Notes under the pieces: generated by a model
What the model saw: the letters and a program-made list of their open reading frames with translations, nothing else
Told to the model about the DNA's origin: nothing
Database searches by the model: none
Made by a program: the position numbers and the translations under genes
Source: a virus
Strand: one strand, 5' to 3'
IMG/VR virus record: IMGVR_UViG_3300033049_000020
Span: 64,001-128,000 of that record
DNA: 64,000 nucleotides
Shown here: in pieces, positions 50,693 to 63,205 of the stretch
How positions within the stretch are numbered: position 1 is the first letter of the stretch
Layout: each line of letters starts with the position of its first letter

Positions 50693-52563
50693 CCCTGAAC
50701 TTTTTATTTGTACATGTCAAATATTATGCGTATCTTTGTCTTATGGATAAGTATGTAAAGGTAAAGTTCAATGGTAAGGTAACACCTTATTTACTTTACG
50801 TAGATGAGAATTACGTATGGACAGATGAGCAGGTAAAGTCGGAAAACGCTAAAACAGTTGAATTAGCTAAAATGGCTTTCCTTGACCACGGAGTACCATT
50901 AATACCTTTGGATTCAATATCAGATGTCTTGAGCCTTAAAGCGGCCTACACAACACCAACCAAAGATGTAGTATTACTCATTTATGAGGGTGGAAATTTC
51001 ATGACACTATTACCATCTATGGAGATAGTAAAGGAACAATACTCTGAGTATTACCCAATAGAAGAAGGTTTTGCGGTTATATGTGAAAATGACCCATTCG
51101 ATAAAAACGTGAGTATGACGGACTACATATTTGAGAGGATGTGCAAGGATAACTCAATAGTTGGGTATCATTATCTGTTCAGCTTCAGGAATAGATTAGA
51201 ATCGGAATTGATTAAAGCATTTTCTGAAGCACCAGCGATACTATTCAATAGTTCGTATGTGGATGTGGATTGGTGGGAATTAATGCTGAGGTGTATAATA
51301 AAGTCTAAAACCAAGGCTAAAGTCATCGGTAAGAAAAAAACTCACCCAAAAATGGTGGAGAGACAGGATAAGTATCTTGAATTAGCCAATAAGTTTGGGG
51401 TTGAAATATCGATGATGCTATAATTTGCATATGTCAAATATTTTATGTATCTTTGTTCTATTATGAGTAAAGAAGACAAATTCAATCCAGAGAGACTATT
51501 ACGTAGTCTAGGCTTCACTAGTGTAAGTAAGGATGAAGACGGAAATTCTAAACCTAGCGATTGGGGTAGTAGTCGTTTCTACAATCATCCTCTAGGTTAT
51601 CGTGTAGATATCACTTACGATGACAATACGACTAGGAAGCCTGATAATGTCCTTTACTACATGTTCAGGGATAACCAACATAGAGAAGTGGTTGAGGATT
51701 ACAATAAATCATACGGACAGCATAGAACGTCAACGGAGTTTGCTAACGCTCTACACGACTTCAATAAAGAACTCAAAGAATTTTACAAAGACAAATTAGA
51801 GGCTAATCCACTATTAAAAAAGTATGTAACAACCTTCGAATACGTAGGCTGCTCAGGATTTCACCCTTCTCACTTTGGAACAAGGACTAAAGGTCATTTA
51901 AGTATGGACTGGTGGTTAGAAACATTCAAAAACTTAGAGTGGGATGTGGACATGATGAAAGAAGCAAAAGAAAAATCAGAATAAATTTGCATAGCTCGAA
52001 TATTTTTCGTATCTTTGTAATCTAATCAAAACAAAAAACGTATGATTCTAATTTTTATATTACTAGCATTAATAATACTCGGTGGGTATATAATGAACAC
52101 TAGTTATAATTATGAGCCTCTTGGCTTTATGATGGTAGCTATATTCAGCATTTGGCTACTTATTCATACTATTATGTGGGGGTTAACTACTTACGATTAT
52201 TATATGTTTGTAGTTAAGAGAAATGCATTTGAGCAAACGTTGAGTGACTCTAGAGAAAACGGCAATGAATATGAGACTGCTGCAATTGTTAAAGAGGTGG
52301 CTGAGTGGAATATTAGTTTGGCCACTAGACAGTACGACAATAAGACTTTCTATCTAGACCAATATCATGACGATAGAATAGAAGATTTAAAGCCAATCAA
52401 ATAAATGGCCTCTAAGAATAAGTGGAATAAGATGAAGAACGCTCGTTCTAATCGTGGATTTGCACTTAAAGAGTCTAAATTAAAAATGAAGCGAAGACTA
52501 TTCTTCAACGCCTCAACAAGAAAAAATTTAAACAACCCCAAAAACTGGGATTAATTAATAACA

Positions 52564-52932
52564 ATGAAAGAATTAAAAGAATTTGCAGAGAGAATAGCCA
52601 ACTTCACACCAAGTGAAGCAAAAGAGCTAAAAGAAATATTAGAAGATACTTACGGTATTGAAGCACCTAATACTGATGTTGTGGTATTTGATAACGTTGA
52701 GGTAGAAGAAGTGGAAACTCAAACTGAGTTTGACGTGATTCTAGAGAACTCTGGCGCATCCAAATTGGGAATCGTTAAGTTGGTTAAGCAAATGCTTGGT
52801 TTAGGGCTTAGAGAGGCTAAAACCATTGTTGATGCGGCTCCTACAGCAATAAAGGAAGCAGTTTCTGACATGGAAGCTCAGTCCCTTAAGTCTGAATTGG
52901 AAGCAGCAGGTGCGACTGTAACAATTGTATAA
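52564..52932 (+). CDS. rplL: Ribosomal protein bL12 (L7/L12)
   Basis: TEFDVILE..G.SKLGIVK.VK..GLGLREAK.VD.AP..IKE.VS..EA..LK.ELEAAGA.V. Confidence 0.95.
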   Translation: MKELKEFAERIANFTPSEAKELKEILEDTYGIEAPNTDVVVFDNVEVEEVETQTEFDVILENSGASKLGIVKLVKQMLGLGLREAKTIVDAAPTAIKEAVSDMEAQSLKSELEAAGATVTIV

Positions 52933-53859
52933 TGACCTTTAAAAAGATTGACGTCATAAATCGAATATTGGTTTTCTGTGATGAGGTCAAAATTTATCGT
53001 AAAGAACTTATGGTTCGTAAGCACTTTATATGCGAGTCAGAAGAATATACTGATGAGCTGTGGGAAATATTCAAAGAAATTTGGTTATCCAAACCCCTAT
53101 TGTAATGTTCGATAAGATACTAGAAGAACATAAAAACTTGATGAATAGTAATCACCGTAACATAGTTATTGTGGTTATGATACTAACAATACTTATAGCA
53201 TGTTTATAGAGAGATACACTTCCCCGACTTCCGACCTATACCTTGATGGTGAGTTCGTGACAACCCTCTTTAATGAGGAAGAACTTCTTAGAGTAAGACT
53301 TAAAGTGGCTCAAGAAGAACTTAAAGGTTACACAGTGGTGATTGAAGGATACGAATATAACATGTTACATGACGGCATGTTGGAGTCGGAAGATGATAAG
53401 GATGGTGAAGCGCTCAGAGAGGTATTTAATGTGTCCTTTGAATGTGTTCGGAAAATATGCTTACTCAATCGAGAAAGAAAAGACCTTTTGAAGAACTAGA
53501 GTTCTTTTCCATACCACCCTGAGTACAAAGCCGAAGTTTATTTTCGGCTTTCCTTGCATTTGTCAATTATATTTTGTATCTTTGTCTCATAATGAATGAA
53601 ACAAGACTGAAATTAGACCATTGTCCAGCTTGCAAAAGTGAATGTGATTCTGCATCATCTTCTGATAATAGTAATGCTAAACCAGTACCATACGATATTA
53701 CAGTATGTTTTTACTGCGCAGAGACATTACAATTCGATGAGGATTTGCGATTAACATCATTATCTAGTCGAGATTTCGACATGTTGGATAAGGAGACAAG
53801 AATAGAGGTTTTGAAAGTAAAGAGGTTTGTTAAAGAGGAAATAGATAGAAAAGAAAAAA

Positions 53860-54459
53860 ATGAGTAACAAAAGTAATAAAAGTGACATATTTGTCACGAG
53901 TGACCAACATTTTGGTCATAAGAACATCATACGATTCTCCAATCGCCCGTATCGAGACGTGAATCATATGAATGAGGAAATGATAAAGAATTGGAACGCT
54001 ATCATCAGTGATAATGATGATGTTTACATGCTGGGAGATGTAAGTCTAACAAATGCAGAGAAAACAAAGGATATAATATACCGATTAAACGGTAGATTAC
54101 ATCTGATTAACGGTAACCATGAGAAGAGTGTTCTTAGCAAAAGCTATAATAGAGACCGATTTGAGTGGATTAAAGATTACTACGAATTGAAGATTAATGA
54201 CGAAGGCGAAAAAGCAATGTTCGTGATGTGTCATTACGCATTTAGAGTATGGAATAAAAGCCATCATAAATCAATTCACCTTTATGGGCACTCTCACGAT
54301 AGCTTAGACGCTAACGGAGAATTTTGGGGGAGAAGTATGGATGTTGGGGTTGACAGTGCCGCCAGAGTATTGGGAGAATATAGACCATTTAGACTTAGCG
54401 AAATTACGAATATAATGAAAAAACGTGAACCTAAAATTATTGACCATCATGGTAAATAA
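53860..54459 (+). CDS. Calcineurin-like phosphoesterase
   Basis: TSDQHFGH, LGDV, GNHE, GHSH, DVGVD. Confidence 0.9.
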   Translation: MSNKSNKSDIFVTSDQHFGHKNIIRFSNRPYRDVNHMNEEMIKNWNAIISDNDDVYMLGDVSLTNAEKTKDIIYRLNGRLHLINGNHEKSVLSKSYNRDRFEWIKDYYELKINDEGEKAMFVMCHYAFRVWNKSHHKSIHLYGHSHDSLDANGEFWGRSMDVGVDSAARVLGEYRPFRLSEITNIMKKREPKIIDHHGK

Positions 54460-54524
54460 TTTGGAGTATTTCACATCAGTTATGACTTTTTGGTTATTCT
54501 ACGATATTTATATTAAAGACTAAG

Positions 54525-55106
54525 ATGGAAAAAAGATGTGTAATATGTGATGACGTGAAACCACTTAATAAGTTTCATAAAGCTTCAGATAGACCAGATG
54601 GATATAGAGGTGATTGTAAAATTTGTAGGAAAACTAAGAGGAGATTAGACCCAAACGCCACTAAATTAAGGTGCTATACTTGCGATGAGCTAAAAGATAA
54701 AACGGACGAAAATTTCCACATATCTAAAAAGAGTAAGTATGGGTTTAGGCGTTGTTGTAAAGAGTGTCACAAAAATATACAGAGGAAGAGTCACCTAAAT
54801 AGGAATTACGGTATAACACCAGAAGAGTATGAGGGTATGCTAATAAACCAAGATTATAAATGTTTAATATGTACAGAGGTTAAAAAATTGGTTGTTGACC
54901 ACAACCACTTGAGTGGTGAGGTGAGAGGTCTTCTATGTGATACTTGTAATCGGGGAATCGGTTATCTACAGGAAAGTAAGACCAACCTTTGGAACTCGAT
55001 ACTATATTTGATGCCAGAATTAGAGAATGTTAGATTTAGTGAAGTAAAAGACATTTTGGATAAAAGAGAAAAAAAGGTGGTAGACCACCACACAGGGAGG
55101 ACTTAG
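54525..55106 (+). mobile_element. Endonuclease VII-family homing endonuclease
   Basis: YGIT.EEY..Q..KCLIC..LVVDHNH.SGEVRGLLC..CN.GIG. Confidence 0.9.
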
Positions 55107-55167
55107 ATTTGTCTTAGACAATTGTCCTCTACTATTTATAAATGAGGATAATTAAAAAAGAGAAATT

Positions 55168-55773
55168 ATGGAAACAGTTTTCAAACTAAAGAATGGTGCA
55201 TCAGTCGATGTTATCGAGCACACTAACAGCGTAATCGCTGAAAATAGAGCATTAGGATACGTAACCAGAATCTACATTGGTACAGACTCACAAGACAGAG
55301 GTAGCAAGTCTACTTATGCTACTTGTATTTGTTACAGAAGTGGGTTCTACTTAGAACCAGCATATGAAGGTGCAGACCCAGAATTTGTTGGTAAGGGTGT
55401 TCACTATATCTACACTAAGGAAAAGATTCCAAGGTTAAGAGACATCTGGTCAAGGTTGTACAAGGAAACTGAGTACACCATGGAAATTGCCACTTGGTTC
55501 ATTGACTTGTACCCAAATGCAGATGTAACAATCGATTTGGACTATAATATCAAGCCAAGCGAAAATAGTAACATCTTGGTAAGCGCAACCAAAGGTTGGG
55601 CAGAAAGTATGGGTATGAAGGTTAACATTAAGTTGGACTGGGAGGACGAAAATACTAAGTACCATGTACAAGTTGCTACAAAGGCGGCTGACCGTGAATG
55701 TAGAGGTGGTGGTTCAAAAGCTGGAAACAGAAAGAAGTTCCGAAAGGAAAACAAAAAAGCCGCTAAGTCATAA
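55168..55773 (+). CDS. RNase H-like YkuK family protein
   Basis: IYIGTDSQ, RL..E, IDLDYN, A..AAD. Confidence 0.75.
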   Translation: METVFKLKNGASVDVIEHTNSVIAENRALGYVTRIYIGTDSQDRGSKSTYATCICYRSGFYLEPAYEGADPEFVGKGVHYIYTKEKIPRLRDIWSRLYKETEYTMEIATWFIDLYPNADVTIDLDYNIKPSENSNILVSATKGWAESMGMKVNIKLDWEDENTKYHVQVATKAADRECRGGGSKAGNRKKFRKENKKAAKS

Positions 55774-55776
55774 TTT

Positions 55777-55807
55777 AAAAAGCCCATTTATTACAAATGG
55801 GCTTTTT
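55777..55807 (+). terminator. Intrinsic terminator
   Basis: AAAAGCCCATTT/AAATGGGCTTTTT. Confidence 0.8.
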
Positions 55808-56190
55808 ATTTGCATATGTCAAATATTTTGTGTATATTTGTATTATCATTAATAAAAACTATTAATTATGGAATGGGTAATGTTAAACATGTTTCTGGCA
55901 ATAGCCAATTTTGGAGTGGGGGTACACTCTTATAATAATAAAGAGTATGGACAATATGTGGGTGTCTGGATTATGTACAATGAGTACATTTAGTCAAATT
56001 GCAAACCTTATAGTCTAATGGGAGTTCTACTATTCGTATTGTTACTCCTATTAATATTAGCGCCAGAGATACTGCTACTACTTGCAATGGTTCCAATCAT
56101 ACTACTTGTAGTGATATTCGAGTTCATATTGAACCTATTTGGTAAGAGCCTTGATGGTAAAGACCTTAATAATAACTAAAATAAATAATA

Positions 56191-56463
56191 ATGAAAAGAA
56201 TACTATTAGTACTTGCGGTTGCGGTGACATTTATGTTCACTATTACAAGCTGCACTGAGAACCAAAGAGCAAAGCGATTTGGTGGGAATATGACAATCAA
56301 CCTACCAGCAGGTCAGAAATTGGTTGAGGCAACGTGGAAGAACGAAGACCTTTGGTATCTCACCAGAGATAGACGAGAAGGAGAAGTGGTTGAGAAATTT
56401 AGCTTCGTTGAAGAATCCTCATTTGGGATTATTGAAGGAAGTGTAACCTTTATAGAGAAATAA
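56191..56463 (+). CDS. Putative lipoprotein
   Basis: Hydrophobic signal ending ITSC. Confidence 0.65.
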   Translation: MKRILLVLAVAVTFMFTITSCTENQRAKRFGGNMTINLPAGQKLVEATWKNEDLWYLTRDRREGEVVEKFSFVEESSFGIIEGSVTFIEK

Positions 56464-57461
56464 ACCATGTCAGTATTTGCAATGAACATATTATTTGTCT
56501 TCCTTAACGGAGGAGTATCAATTTTGAATTACAACATTGGAAACCACAAGACATCATTATTTTCAATGTTTGTGGTTGGATGGTGTGCTGCCTTGGCATT
56601 TAAAGCAATCCTTTAAATGACTGAGATAATCATTTGTAGTGCTGTTTGGTATAAGGACTTACCAACGATGGTTCACTTACCTAAAAACATTGATGTTGGA
56701 ACGGTAGTATGTGGTCATAGACATCACAACTGTATTCACACCGTTTTTACCCTATGTAAACTTAGAAGTGTTACTTTCGCTGAAGATGCCGCAGGTGAGG
56801 ATGTACAAGGTTTCCTAACCAATACGAACAGATTTGTGGATAGGTATGATGGGATGGAAATTGCAATTGCATGTGGACAAGTGGGTGAAGAGAAAACTGG
56901 TAAAGAATTATATAGTGAAGATTTATATTAATGAGCGATAAAGCCTACATAAGGATGATTGAAACGGCTGAGTCCATACAGAAGGGTGACTGGTTGTTTA
57001 CCTGTGATATGGAACCTAAACAATTTGAGTCTTTTGACCCAGAGAAATCTCCCGATGATTGGGAGAGGGATAAATTCTCGGACAAGAATTGGGAGCAATT
57101 CTCCAAGTATGGGGACTTTACAACCATTGGAGGTGCATGTCATTCACAATCTAATTGTGGTCTACACCCAGTATCGGAGAAGTACGCTAAGTGGTTCATC
57201 GAGAACAAATGCTGGGAAGAATATGATAAGTTGAAAGGTAGCGACATAAATTATGATTCGACAGATAATGACATCTGGGAGGACTATGAGATACGAGTAA
57301 AGGAACGATGTGAAGAAGAAGGAATAACTTACGAAGGAATATAAAACATGGAGTGGATATTGATAGCATTAGTAATTTGGTATTTCTTCTTTCGAGAAGA
57401 TGATTATTGAGAAATAAAGGCAGAGATTGTATCGCTGGGCGAAAGCCTTGAGGAATTATAT

Positions 57462-57739
57462 AGAGTGGGTAAACAGAGAATCTAACGCTGTGAATACGCT
57501 AGACGTATTCATTGAGGAAGTTCAGGGCATCTCTCCAAGAGGTAGGAGATTCGGGCTAACGTTCGGGTTGTTTGGACTACCGCAACATGGGATGCAACAC
57601 CAACAGTCTTAGCAAGCGAACTTGGATTGCGATGATAGACGGGTAGTGGCACCAGTATGAAAAACTGGATGACTTTTAGGGTCATAGATAAATGTTAGAT
57701 TTAAAAACAAGACCTTGGCTATGCTCACTTACCCACTCT
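57462..57739 (+). ncRNA. rnpB: RNase P RNA (compact bacterial type)
   Basis: P1 AGAGTGGGTAA/TTACCCACTCT; P2 ATCTAAC/GTTAGAT; GAGGAAGTTCAGGG and AACAAGACCTTGGCT form P4 with bulged U; GCAACAC, AGCAAG and AGATAAATG conserved blocks. Confidence 0.85.
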
Positions 57740-58291
57740 TATGTAATTTTCTCTCTTTATTTCTCTATTTATCTTACTACACAAAGGTTGGAGGTTAGTA
57801 TAGTGATTTAGGTTAATAATATCATCCTCAGTCTTACCAGATGTCGATGGTATTATGTGGTCAATATCCCAACCGTAATCAAATTCACCATTATACTTAC
57901 CATAATTATCCCAGTTCATCCATGGCTCCCAAAGGGATTCTATACGTATTTTAAATTCATTAAACGAACAATCTAGTATTTCAGTGGCTTTAGACTTTTT
58001 GGTATAACCATTACGATATATGGTCATTCTTATTAGTCTACTAATACTGCTACGTATCTTGAATAGGTTATCGGATTTGCGCTTAGTCTTTAGGTACTCA
58101 CGTTTATACTTTCGTCTATAGTCAACATTTTTAAGTTCCCAGCGTCTACGGCCATCTTTAACCTTTTCTGGGTTATTATTACGCCATACTTTATGCTGAA
58201 TACTGGTACATAGCTTACAAATACCCTTATGTTTATAGAACGTAACATTAGGTTCATACTCACCACAATGTTTACAGGTTTTAACCTTCAT
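57725..58291 (-). mobile_element. HNH-type homing endonuclease
   Basis: WMNWDNYG..WDIDHIIP..NHYTNLQPL; ends in RNase P P1 3' strand. Confidence 0.75.
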
Positions 58292-59490
58292 CGATATCTT
58301 TCTTTAGTAACACCCTTAGTCGTTGTGATATAGAATATCCATTATCTTTGCAGTGCTTAACGAACGCATCCTTTAATTCTTGTTCAACCCTTACGTTGAG
58401 CATTATCTCCTTTTTATTTCCCATGTAAATCAATTGCTTTACAATAAATATAATAAAAATTTGGAAAAGTCATATTAATTGTGTATATTTGTAATATGAA
58501 AGTAATAACAGGTAAAGCGAGATATAAGAAAGAGAGTAGGTTCATCTATAATACTGATGAAAAACTTATCTTCGACATCACTAAGGTGTATATCACGACT
58601 ACAGCTAAGAGTTGTGTCGGTGTATACCCAGTAGGGTCACGAGAATATCGACTTAGCTTAGTTGGTACCGAATGGGACGACTCTGATGGTAAGTATAAAA
58701 AGGATACGGTGTGTCATGATAGTGAACTGATTATACTTGAGTTGTATGAGACAGTTACACTGCCATTGACAGATGAAGAGTGTTACAAGCTAGTCGATTT
58801 CATTAAAGAAGACTCAACTAGAGTATTACAAGATTTCTTGGATGCTAACATTAGGGTATCTAATTTCCCAATTATTGATTTGTCAACCTCTAACTTCCCC
58901 TCAGTGAGGGAAAGCTACTTGGAGTGGGAACAAGACCCAAACGCAAGAATCATCAACGCAGACGTTGAACCTGCGCCATACGATAGATAGGACTAATAGT
59001 GGAGGGGTATGGGTAAGCTCACCTCCTTTATTTTAAAACCAAACAACATGGCTAAGACTAAAAAGAAACGTACAGATTTAAGGTCACTTACAGTTAACGG
59101 TGTGGAGTGGGGGTATAAGATTGGAAAGACTTGTATTGCTATTCACGACCCTAACGATAAGAGGTACTTCCCTAAGATTGACAGTTTAATCGATTCTAGC
59201 AGTATAGGTTACAGAATAACACCTGCGCTGATACTCAACTATATTAAGGTTGTGATATTGAAAGAGGAAGCGGTACATAGTACGTGTTGTGACTGTGGTA
59301 TAGTGTCTAGTAATTTGGAAGTGTTAACTTTTGATGGTATTACCAGTGCGTGGTGTTATAGTTGTGTATAAAGAATATGATTCTGAGTAAGCTCACCTTT
59401 ATTTATTTTTTGAAAAACCACCCATTGGGTGGTTTTTCTCGTTTTAATATAGTATCTTTGTTGTAACCTTAAAAATAATAAACAAATAGA

Positions 59491-60780
59491 ATGAATTTAG
59501 ACCCAAAGACTAAAGTATGGAACGAATCAGGAGGTAGACACTATCTACAATTCCCAACCAACAGAATGCAAGAATTAGATAAAAACTCTGTCTATGTGGT
59601 AGAGCAAGATGAATTTAAAGTGTTTTATTTATCTAAAGTATCGAATGGATATGTTTTCGATTATAAAATTTACGGATTAGAATCAGAATTCGTTAGGAGA
59701 GTGGAGAAGAGTTATGCCGCTACAAATAGCAACTTAGGTATTCTACTTAATGGTACAAAAGGAACTGGTAAAACTGTATGTTGTAAAACGATTGCTAACA
59801 ACCTTAATCAACCAACGGTTATTATTAATGTCCCGTTTCCAGGAGTCCAATTCTTCGTGAATAGTATTCCACAGGACATCACCATTTTTGTTGATGAGTA
59901 TGAGAAGATTTACGGTAATTCAAATGATATGCTTACCATTATGGATGGGGCACTTAATTCTGAGTTCAAGCGTATGTTCTTATTGACAACTAATAAGTTG
60001 TACATCGAGGACAACCTAAAACAACGACCATCAAGATTACGTTACTTGAAGACCTTCAGTGACCTATCACCAGATGTTGTCGAGGAATTGGTTGAGGACA
60101 TTCTCATATTGGAGAAATTCAAAGATGAGTGCTTCAAGTTTATCAGCTCTCTAGAGATTATCACTGTGGACATAGTGAAGGAGATTTTGAATGAAGTAAA
60201 CCTTCATAATGAATCACCATTTGAATTCGCTGAAGACTTTAACGTAGAAATGCGAGAAGGTAAGTATAAGATTTTCAATGTAGACCAAAATGGTAACACG
60301 TCATTGGCTATGAACAATGCGAATATCTACCCTAGACCTAAGTTTAACGAACAACATACTCGACACTACGTTGAGGTTGGTGGTATAATGATTGGTGAAA
60401 TAGTCAACGTGATTGATGAAGATACCATTATGATTGGTGAATGGGTGGTTGATGAAGAAACTGGTGAAAATACACCGACTCTGAGCAAGCTAATGGTATT
60501 ACGACTTGAAAAGACATATACTACTCACGTTCATTACGCTTACGGTGGCTATGATGATTACGGTTTCGGTGGTAGAACTGATATTAATTCGTCAAAGATA
60601 GCAGGTGGATTCACAAATATCTTAATAGGTATGACGGCTGAAGAGCTATTGAAAATCATGAAACTTATCAATCATAACCAGCCAACCGATGAAGGATTTG
60701 AATTCGGTGATGAGGCGGTTGCAAAGCCAAAAGCATACCAAGCTATAAGCGAAGTAGAAGTAGGAAAGGCAGAGGGATAA
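59491..60780 (+). CDS. AAA ATPase
   Basis: GTKGTGKT, IFVDEYEK, LTTN, RPSR. Confidence 0.85.
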   Translation: MNLDPKTKVWNESGGRHYLQFPTNRMQELDKNSVYVVEQDEFKVFYLSKVSNGYVFDYKIYGLESEFVRRVEKSYAATNSNLGILLNGTKGTGKTVCCKTIANNLNQPTVIINVPFPGVQFFVNSIPQDITIFVDEYEKIYGNSNDMLTIMDGALNSEFKRMFLLTTNKLYIEDNLKQRPSRLRYLKTFSDLSPDVVEELVEDILILEKFKDECFKFISSLEIITVDIVKEILNEVNLHNESPFEFAEDFNVEMREGKYKIFNVDQNGNTSLAMNNANIYPRPKFNEQHTRHYVEVGGIMIGEIVNVIDEDTIMIGEWVVDEETGENTPTLSKLMVLRLEKTYTTHVHYAYGGYDDYGFGGRTDINSSKIAGGFTNILIGMTAEELLKIMKLINHNQPTDEGFEFGDEAVAKPKAYQAISEVEVGKAEG

Positions 60781-60800
60781 TACCCACTAATATATCAATA

Positions 60801-60835
60801 AATAAGGAAGCTGGATTAAATCCAGCTTCCTTATT
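60801..60835 (+). terminator. Intrinsic terminator
   Basis: AATAAGGAAGCTGGAT/ATCCAGCTTCCTTATT inverted repeat. Confidence 0.75.
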
Positions 60836-60854
60836 TGCATATGTCAAATATTAT

Positions 60855-61235
60855 TTGTATCTTTGTGGTGTGGATTTATTCAAGAACGGCATATTAAGTT
60901 TAAAAGATATATTCTCTTTACTTAATTCCCCTAGGGATTTAACTGAAGAAGAGTTTCATTGCCTATCTATTTTCTGTAGTCTTAAGCCGTGGAAACATAT
61001 TATTGAATCCATAGATACTCCACAAGTAGTGATAGATTGTGGAATCTCATCCACGCTTAGTGAGGTGAGAAGGATGATAAAAGCTAACGCACTATCAATC
61101 GGTAAGCGAAAGGTAAAAGACTTTAGTGATACTATCCAACCTGAAGATTTCTTTGAGACGGGTATCGAAGGGTTAAAGTGGACAACAGTTAAACACGGAA
61201 AGAAAATTCAAGAAGTAATACTAACATGTCAGTAA
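60855..61235 (+). CDS. S4-like RNA-binding domain (TyrRS C-terminal type)
   Basis: G..STLSEVRRMIKANALSI.KRKV.D...VKHGKK. Confidence 0.65.
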   Translation: MYLCGVDLFKNGILSLKDIFSLLNSPRDLTEEEFHCLSIFCSLKPWKHIIESIDTPQVVIDCGISSTLSEVRRMIKANALSIGKRKVKDFSDTIQPEDFFETGIEGLKWTTVKHGKKIQEVILTCQ

Positions 61236-63205
61236 GAGGAATAACATACAATGATGGTGGAAATCCGATTGATTACAAAGAGGTAACAATCAGCACCAGA
61301 GAAACTGGAGACCATAAGTGGAACTCTGGAGATTTCGTAAGAGATTGGTATTTCTCGACTAAGTTCATTCTAATGGGTGGGCTGAATGGAGAACACGGTT
61401 GCCATTCATCAAGTGTTGACCATTTTGTTATGGATGGTGCTCCGTATGATTCGCTTTATCTGGTTTTCGGTGAGGACGACAAACCTAGTTTAACTAATCA
61501 GTATGATTGGGATGGTGATAATATCGAACTTTTCGTACCAGAAGGAACCCAACCAACGTGGGAAGAATTAAGAGAGATGTGTGGTGACCCAGTATTAAAA
61601 GTTGGTGATATTGTTAGCTTCATGCCAGATTATGATGTAATCACTGGTATGGTTGACGAAATCATTGATGAGGAGAAGGAAAGATTCGTGATGGTTAATT
61701 GTGTTGAGCCTGTGCAAGGTACCATAAGAATACCATTTTTGGACTTAATACGGCCAGAGAGGTAATGAAAAAACGAACTCCCTGTCAGCGATTTGATAAG
61801 GATGGCAATTTAGTACCTAAGAAGGCGTTTAATACGTTTGAGAATGCTTTAAGACGGGCTAGAGAGCTTAATTTAAGAAAAGGGGAGACCGATATGCTTA
61901 CACCCTATAAGTGCCCTATATGTGCTTTATTTCACATGGGACATAATGGTGAAAAAATAACAGATGCGTATCGCAAAGCAGTTATACCTAAGATGTTTGC
62001 CATTAAGGTTGTGGGGAAGATTGATTTAGAGGAGTTGAGTAAACGAATAAAGAAATAATGAAATATAAACTAACATGTGGGTATCAATATACCAAAAGAC
62101 TTTAAAATAGAAGGAATATGAGTACAATAAGAGAAGAAATATATTACGAACACTTTGGGGGTCACCACGTATTAAGGTTTTCTGATTTACCAGAAGATAT
62201 GTTACCAGACGACCAAATAGAGATGACACATGTTGAGGGATTCTATTCTGAGAATAATAGTTGGGATGCATATTCTGAGTTAAGGGTTTTCCATGTGAGA
62301 GAAACAACAGAAGAGGAAAAGGTTGAGTTGAAAGCACATTTCGCTAAACTAAAGGCTGAGAGTAAGGAAAAAAGACGACTTCAGTTTTTAAAATTACAAG
62401 AAGAATTTAAAGATGAGTGAATTTATATTAAAGTTTAATGAGGCCAATAACTTCGACCCAGTTGGTGAGAAGTATGGAACTCTAGGAGATAGAGAGGACA
62501 TAGCCAGAAACGTTGCGTGGATTATCAATTGTGCTGAATCGGCTATCGAAAAGGCTTATGGTGATGGTGCTCCTAGAAGGGTGGAGATGTTCAAAATGTG
62601 TAATGAATTAAGAGGTCAATTGAGAAACCAATTATCTCAAGAGGAGATTGAAACGTTGAAATTAGGATAGGTCAATTTAATTTTGTATATTTGTACTATG
62701 GAAAAACAATTTGTACCATATGCCGAGGCTAAGGCTATGAAAGAGCTGGGATTTGATGAAACATGTTTTGCATGTTTTTATGATGGAGTGTTAAGTTTGA
62801 CAACTGACGAAGAATCTTTGGTTTATGAAATAGAAGATAATTTTTGGAGAAAGAATAGTGATATGGATAATTCAGTCACTACACCACTATACCGACAAGC
62901 ATTAGAATGGTTTAGAAAGGAACACGGATTATACTATTCAATTATACCTGAGTTCTATACTAATGTAATACATTTTAATTGGCAATTACGTTGGTATTTA
63001 CCTAAAGAAGAGTGGACTAAATATGTTATTAGTGGTGGTACATATTGGTATGGTGATGATGGTCAATATCCCACACAAGAAGAGGCAGAGTTAGCCACTT
63101 TAAGAAAAATGATTGAAAGAGTGAAACAACAAAGTTAATATGGAAAATGGGTGAATTATATGGTGTTAGTTTGGAAACAATTAAGAATATAAAATATAAG
63201 AAGAC

